A model generated the notes under the pieces. It was not told the origin of the DNA and searched no databases. It was given only the letters and a program-made list of their open reading frames with translations. The position numbers and the translations under genes are program-made. A stretch of DNA of 64,000 nt. It comes from Phoronis australis. Its lineage: Eukaryota; Animalia; Phoronida. Of this stretch, positions 62,101 through 64,000 are shown one piece after another. The DNA lies in assembly GCA_002633005.1 (NCBI GenBank), contig NMRA01000017.1, forward strand, positions 206,260 to 270,259. Reading direction: 5' to 3'. The number at the start of each line of letters is the position of its first letter. Position 1 is the first letter of the stretch.

Positions 62101-63793
62101 GTCTCAAATAACAGGAGAACCTCTTCCCCTCGGCATTAACACTCAAAGCACAAGCTATCCTCTCCCCCGTGGCAGAAGTGATCAGACTCGAAGCACAGGT
62201 GACTTACTCAACCATAGCAGAAGTACTGCGTCTCAAAGCACAGGTGACCCTCTCCTCCATGTCAAAAGTGATATCGCACAAAGCACGTATAACCCTCTCT
62301 GTATCGGTCCTGAGGAACAACGAACACACACTGTCAGAAGTTGCAGCTCATCAAACGCAGGTGATCGTCTCTATACTGATCTTGGACAAGTTCATTCTGA
62401 CAAAGCACACAACAAAGAGAACTGGTTCTTCAAACCAGTTGCCACTGAGTGGGTCGCTCGCAGACTACTGGCAGCAGTGAATGGCAATACCAGAAATATC
62501 TTGAAAGTGCCAGGAGCCACCAAAAGACTGTGCGTGTCTTCCGGTAATCGTAATTGGGAGTGGATTGAAGTTGCATTGAATGCAAAGCCTCAACGTCGGG
62601 TGAGCAGTGCCGAAACCAGTGCCACCACATTGCACAATTCCTTCAATACAATGATTGATAGGAAGGTCAACTACATGAAACCACACGAGAGCTTGTACGC
62701 CAGACAGTTTATTTACCTAGGTCAGTTGTGGGCAGGCGTAAACAATTTTAGGCTTCCAGAATCGTTGAGTGGCAGGAAGAGAGATTTTTGCTTTGATGAA
62801 GACCAAAAATGTTTTGCGGAAAAACGAATCAATCTCACTGTTAACAATCTCATTGCTATGGCCGAACACAGCGTGTACTCATCCGAGCGGCTTGAACAGT
62901 CTCGCATCGAGTTGATTGATTTTTGCTGTTGTGCAGTCAGCTCTTTAAGTGAATTGCTGCCCCAGACCTCAACGACGGACTCAGTGGGAGATAGCCAGAA
63001 TGCCAGGAGAATGCAGAGAGCCCGGTCAGCCAAACACAGACAGGTGAGCAAGGTTAAACAGACAAATGTTGATTCAATGCTGACCGCTATTGCCAACAGC
63101 GACAAGGAGAGTCTGGTCATTGACCATTTTGTCTCTCAATCTTCTCTTGAACCTGATGGGCGAAGTCTGTGCCAGAATAGTAAATGGAACAACTCCAGGT
63201 GTGAGCTTGAAAATCGAGTCACATTACTGTATGATACTGATAAGACTGCAAAACAGTTGCGCCAAACCCAGCTGGCGAAAACCAATCGACCGCCACAGCA
63301 ACGGGAACATCGACATGCCGATAAAAATACGAGCGACAACCACAGGGTGGCAAACGTTCCGACTGGGAAGTCTATTAGGAAACGTAAACGACGAAGTCCA
63401 GAGCAGTTTGGTGGCAAAACGGGCAAACATCGTGGGAGGGTTTGTGTAGATACTGCACGTCCAACATTTTCGGGCGTCACTTTGTTGGACAGTACCGGCC
63501 GACGCACGACAGGGGTGAAACACAACTCTTCCGACGACCCAACTTGGATGTTTGTGGAGAGACGCAAAGTGGTGAGCGAAATTTGTGTCTTCCTAAAACA
63601 ACGAGTATTTCGTGGCATATATTTTACCATAGCTTTTATTTCAACAAGCGGGATTTTGACAAATTGTTATGCTACAGAAATAATAGTTAAGGTATTTTGC
63701 TTTTGTCCTAGTATTGATTGGCATGTGTATTTCATGGAATTGATGCTCAGTCGTTCAATTTCTACGTGTATCTGCGAAGACAGCGTTTTGTGA
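56183..63793 (+). CDS. Large uncharacterised repeat-rich protein (2536-aa ORF; probably one giant exon 56168-63571 spliced onward)
   Basis: 7.6-kb stop-free frame, GC-richer than the flanks. Acceptor tttacag at 56161-56167 just before the ATG (ACAATGG). Internal duplications keep the frame. Candidate phase-0 donor GTG|gtgagc at 63572, after which the sequence turns AT-rich. No domain recognised. Confidence 0.85.
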   Translation: MGRRDKRSKRKVTDDHPSEAERLCKLKNALGLSAKSDLSQLPEETTSQLYAMLDQITSFQAQIDGMTPGKAGKSSSRRTRRGSRQKGSSNAPTSATFIDRKKDNGGASDIPCSNAVESISTEQHAPSEGESAEDVTEPLQHLQTMDKQTEEQQCLQQTYNEWLSNTSKSLVQEVLKSSIVSEISRKIVQDVVAGSLMLLSVKKNRDVHMGCVEGGNTQKSSFAEKDTSSQPEADENPSVLTKATTLKTGPGLENSKPVHLTAWALANKAQAFTVAEKNNLGLSAKSEILQLTQKTLQRLTDSSSLTEPQRGMIKRYLHKSVALMPSLEQFSDGHRGLDMTNTSVQTRLQSSDEITTNVQVSPSTENPTLGQENKIKSSGLAAVPVKDKSEPPTMQWLTGTVTTTTMQNVPNTGDNKVLQNVNKTAPGDGAITRHYPSRLHQALRQARRIFEIPVPASSNMNPPPHVMSAVIGGKIITSLCCNITPVFLEYDREKSIKRCLFDSVHPSGEYAIFENMPTGHFLTICNEYSNGFIVPWAVGKVDPSCKHILQLCSGRPGNNNSVAVGQVVSADKQNLYDSTENKANKLKNSSKARDFWCYTEIPTVSRKVDDDFISRSREAQMQRMLDEEFRKIAEKFTAKANQPVVEDSVEQGSNLVESGGNRECWPTFHKTNRYFELPDDQVSDRYTVTEQYKKESIRVDGDCEYGRYNNEHCKNELYHETCGPDLPSFTGGNPADDYKAKERQRWLATSLQDVPVLGDNFKRDVNSGSQCSTPQERHKELNQFYDNVPVSANCGDCTKRDGSRDIQDTNERESFTAEEHVSVGGESSSTDQHVSSEDESGEDVTASEQHLQELVKQTVEQCVAHAHNEWLANISKSLVENLVKTTIITEASSNIVKEAVAGGLMLLSVEDANRRYVENVSTLKPASLVGKDGHVFAKPCPYTGMKCKAFMHTECPIKILVGTSRTCRASSFHKNISVAPLVCTNKNSQGSSVEKCSSSQQDGGVRPAIRHKAPRSKIGPRFEPVQSVTWAFANNEPLFTVAEKNRLGLSAKSDILQLPKKTLEKLTVSNSLTERQRAVIKRHLYKPVIVMPSLEQFMNRLSTINRTTTTAQTRPQPAYPAYDIITKVNLPHITAKSARGQGNELQISRQVAVPLKIKPKSPMAVFQSTSNLTGGVTDSRMIRSVNIQNSNPTATQLSVSDVNPTEVGTNTGDERLSYPDVLNRVDELKLNRVKEDEIGATMIHQPTSVQRKHNDNGKVIKDGNLRQNVLKEETFSHDLKLNTLMSDSVKIQASNHAVCKGVKEFPQPSGQTQFCDHKMSNSIAEELTDNTLSTGERRQATVPSSSLDHSLVALMSDSMEEEIIDNISSNCTEEKPLHPSVSAYCFGQKLTVSKSGSLEEKVIENALNNGERGFLQLSVRAQTITEIKFTSVVDKTQAAVTLNCFDTIQIAGNEMKVHLQQRYRKQRTLTAGVSGPRMLNAQNRSPTATQLSMSAANYLRQIGTRRSKEMRLLVPNPADEEQSSRFKLEQPTCVQQKYVGDTRRMADGKCSQKMLKAELSSRDQKLKMSMSESIEEKVIGSILNGTRERPRTTARTSSCGRKIKALMSASTEDNNLSKGTRECLQPNMQVSSRDQELKVLMFNGIEENLIYTTLSNGTRERLQLVQSSPLDKKLKVFMSDSIVEKVIETTLDDGTREGLQVTVRTQNMFEGGIASLAHKAQGVMLRTCFDNIQGGKNEMKDHLQQRNSRQMRAGVSELRTVSGDDDVVSCNSKGFKAQPILRFNTQDIERARNHSLTSVQSNNGRTDNTQSTDDPASIGHGHQRSRGDTAQVTGNPLPNDRSDISQSTGELFPHLKNVESQSTGHFFHHGRNDEIQSTGEFLPHHGNDNTQSTGDPLSLGRGDETQRKSASFHIRPEQLRKPLGQNDLRQSIDDLFPLEKSDQTLGMCDPIPRCIKFKSQSTLGRLPRGKNYKSQITGEPLPLGINTQSTSYPLPRGRSDQTRSTGDLLNHSRSTASQSTGDPLLHVKSDIAQSTYNPLCIGPEEQRTHTVRSCSSSNAGDRLYTDLGQVHSDKAHNKENWFFKPVATEWVARRLLAAVNGNTRNILKVPGATKRLCVSSGNRNWEWIEVALNAKPQRRVSSAETSATTLHNSFNTMIDRKVNYMKPHESLYARQFIYLGQLWAGVNNFRLPESLSGRKRDFCFDEDQKCFAEKRINLTVNNLIAMAEHSVYSSERLEQSRIELIDFCCCAVSSLSELLPQTSTTDSVGDSQNARRMQRARSAKHRQVSKVKQTNVDSMLTAIANSDKESLVIDHFVSQSSLEPDGRSLCQNSKWNNSRCELENRVTLLYDTDKTAKQLRQTQLAKTNRPPQQREHRHADKNTSDNHRVANVPTGKSIRKRKRRSPEQFGGKTGKHRGRVCVDTARPTFSGVTLLDSTGRRTTGVKHNSSDDPTWMFVERRKVVSEICVFLKQRVFRGIYFTIAFISTSGILTNCYATEIIVKVFCFCPSIDWHVYFMELMLSRSISTCICEDSVL

Positions 63794-64000
63794 ATTCTGA
63801 CGTTGGCTGTCTTGAGTTCATAGTATTCCCAAGAACCTGCAGGCTTAATCACTGCTTGTCGTCTATTGTAATCAGACTAATGAGCTAAAAAGTAAGAAAA
63901 TGAAAATTCTCTAATTGTAAACAAAACAATGGGTATGTTAAAGCTTTTACAAGATTGTATAATACACCAAGTAGGCTTAACTCTTGCACTACTTTCCAAT

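Noticed and set aside
56339-63690. Antisense and alternative-frame ORFs overlapping the giant ORF
   Set aside because: Expected shadow ORFs of a long coding region; no independent support.
63572-63793. Hydrophobic C-terminal tail of the giant ORF as a transmembrane anchor
   Set aside because: It lies after a good phase-0 donor in AT-rich sequence and is probably intron read-through.

Overview
AT-rich eukaryotic genomic DNA, probably a marine invertebrate animal, from a draft assembly with single Ns and one N-gap. About 2.9-45.8 kb on the minus strand is an intron-rich otoferlin-like (type-2, DysF-less) ferlin gene. I reconstructed 28 coding exons by hand (ATG at 43509, about 1,332 aa in the window), all with canonical AG/GT sites and consistent phases; the gene continues off the left edge. 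Head-to-head on the plus strand is a 7.6-kb ORF (56183-63793, 2536 aa), probably one ~7.4-kb exon, encoding a protein I do not recognise that is built from nested internal duplications. Introns and the intergenic region are full of mobile DNA: Kolobok-type TTAA elements with decayed THAP ORFs (partly nested), CA..TG MITEs with 5/6-bp TSDs, a Helentron-associated-type element, a LINE 3' fragment, a tRNA-derived SINE, minisatellites, and Penelope-type minimal hammerhead motifs. Three direct duplications that flank single Ns are probably assembly artefacts. Most short ORFs in the supplied track are spurious. Family names are from motif recognition only; no searches were run.
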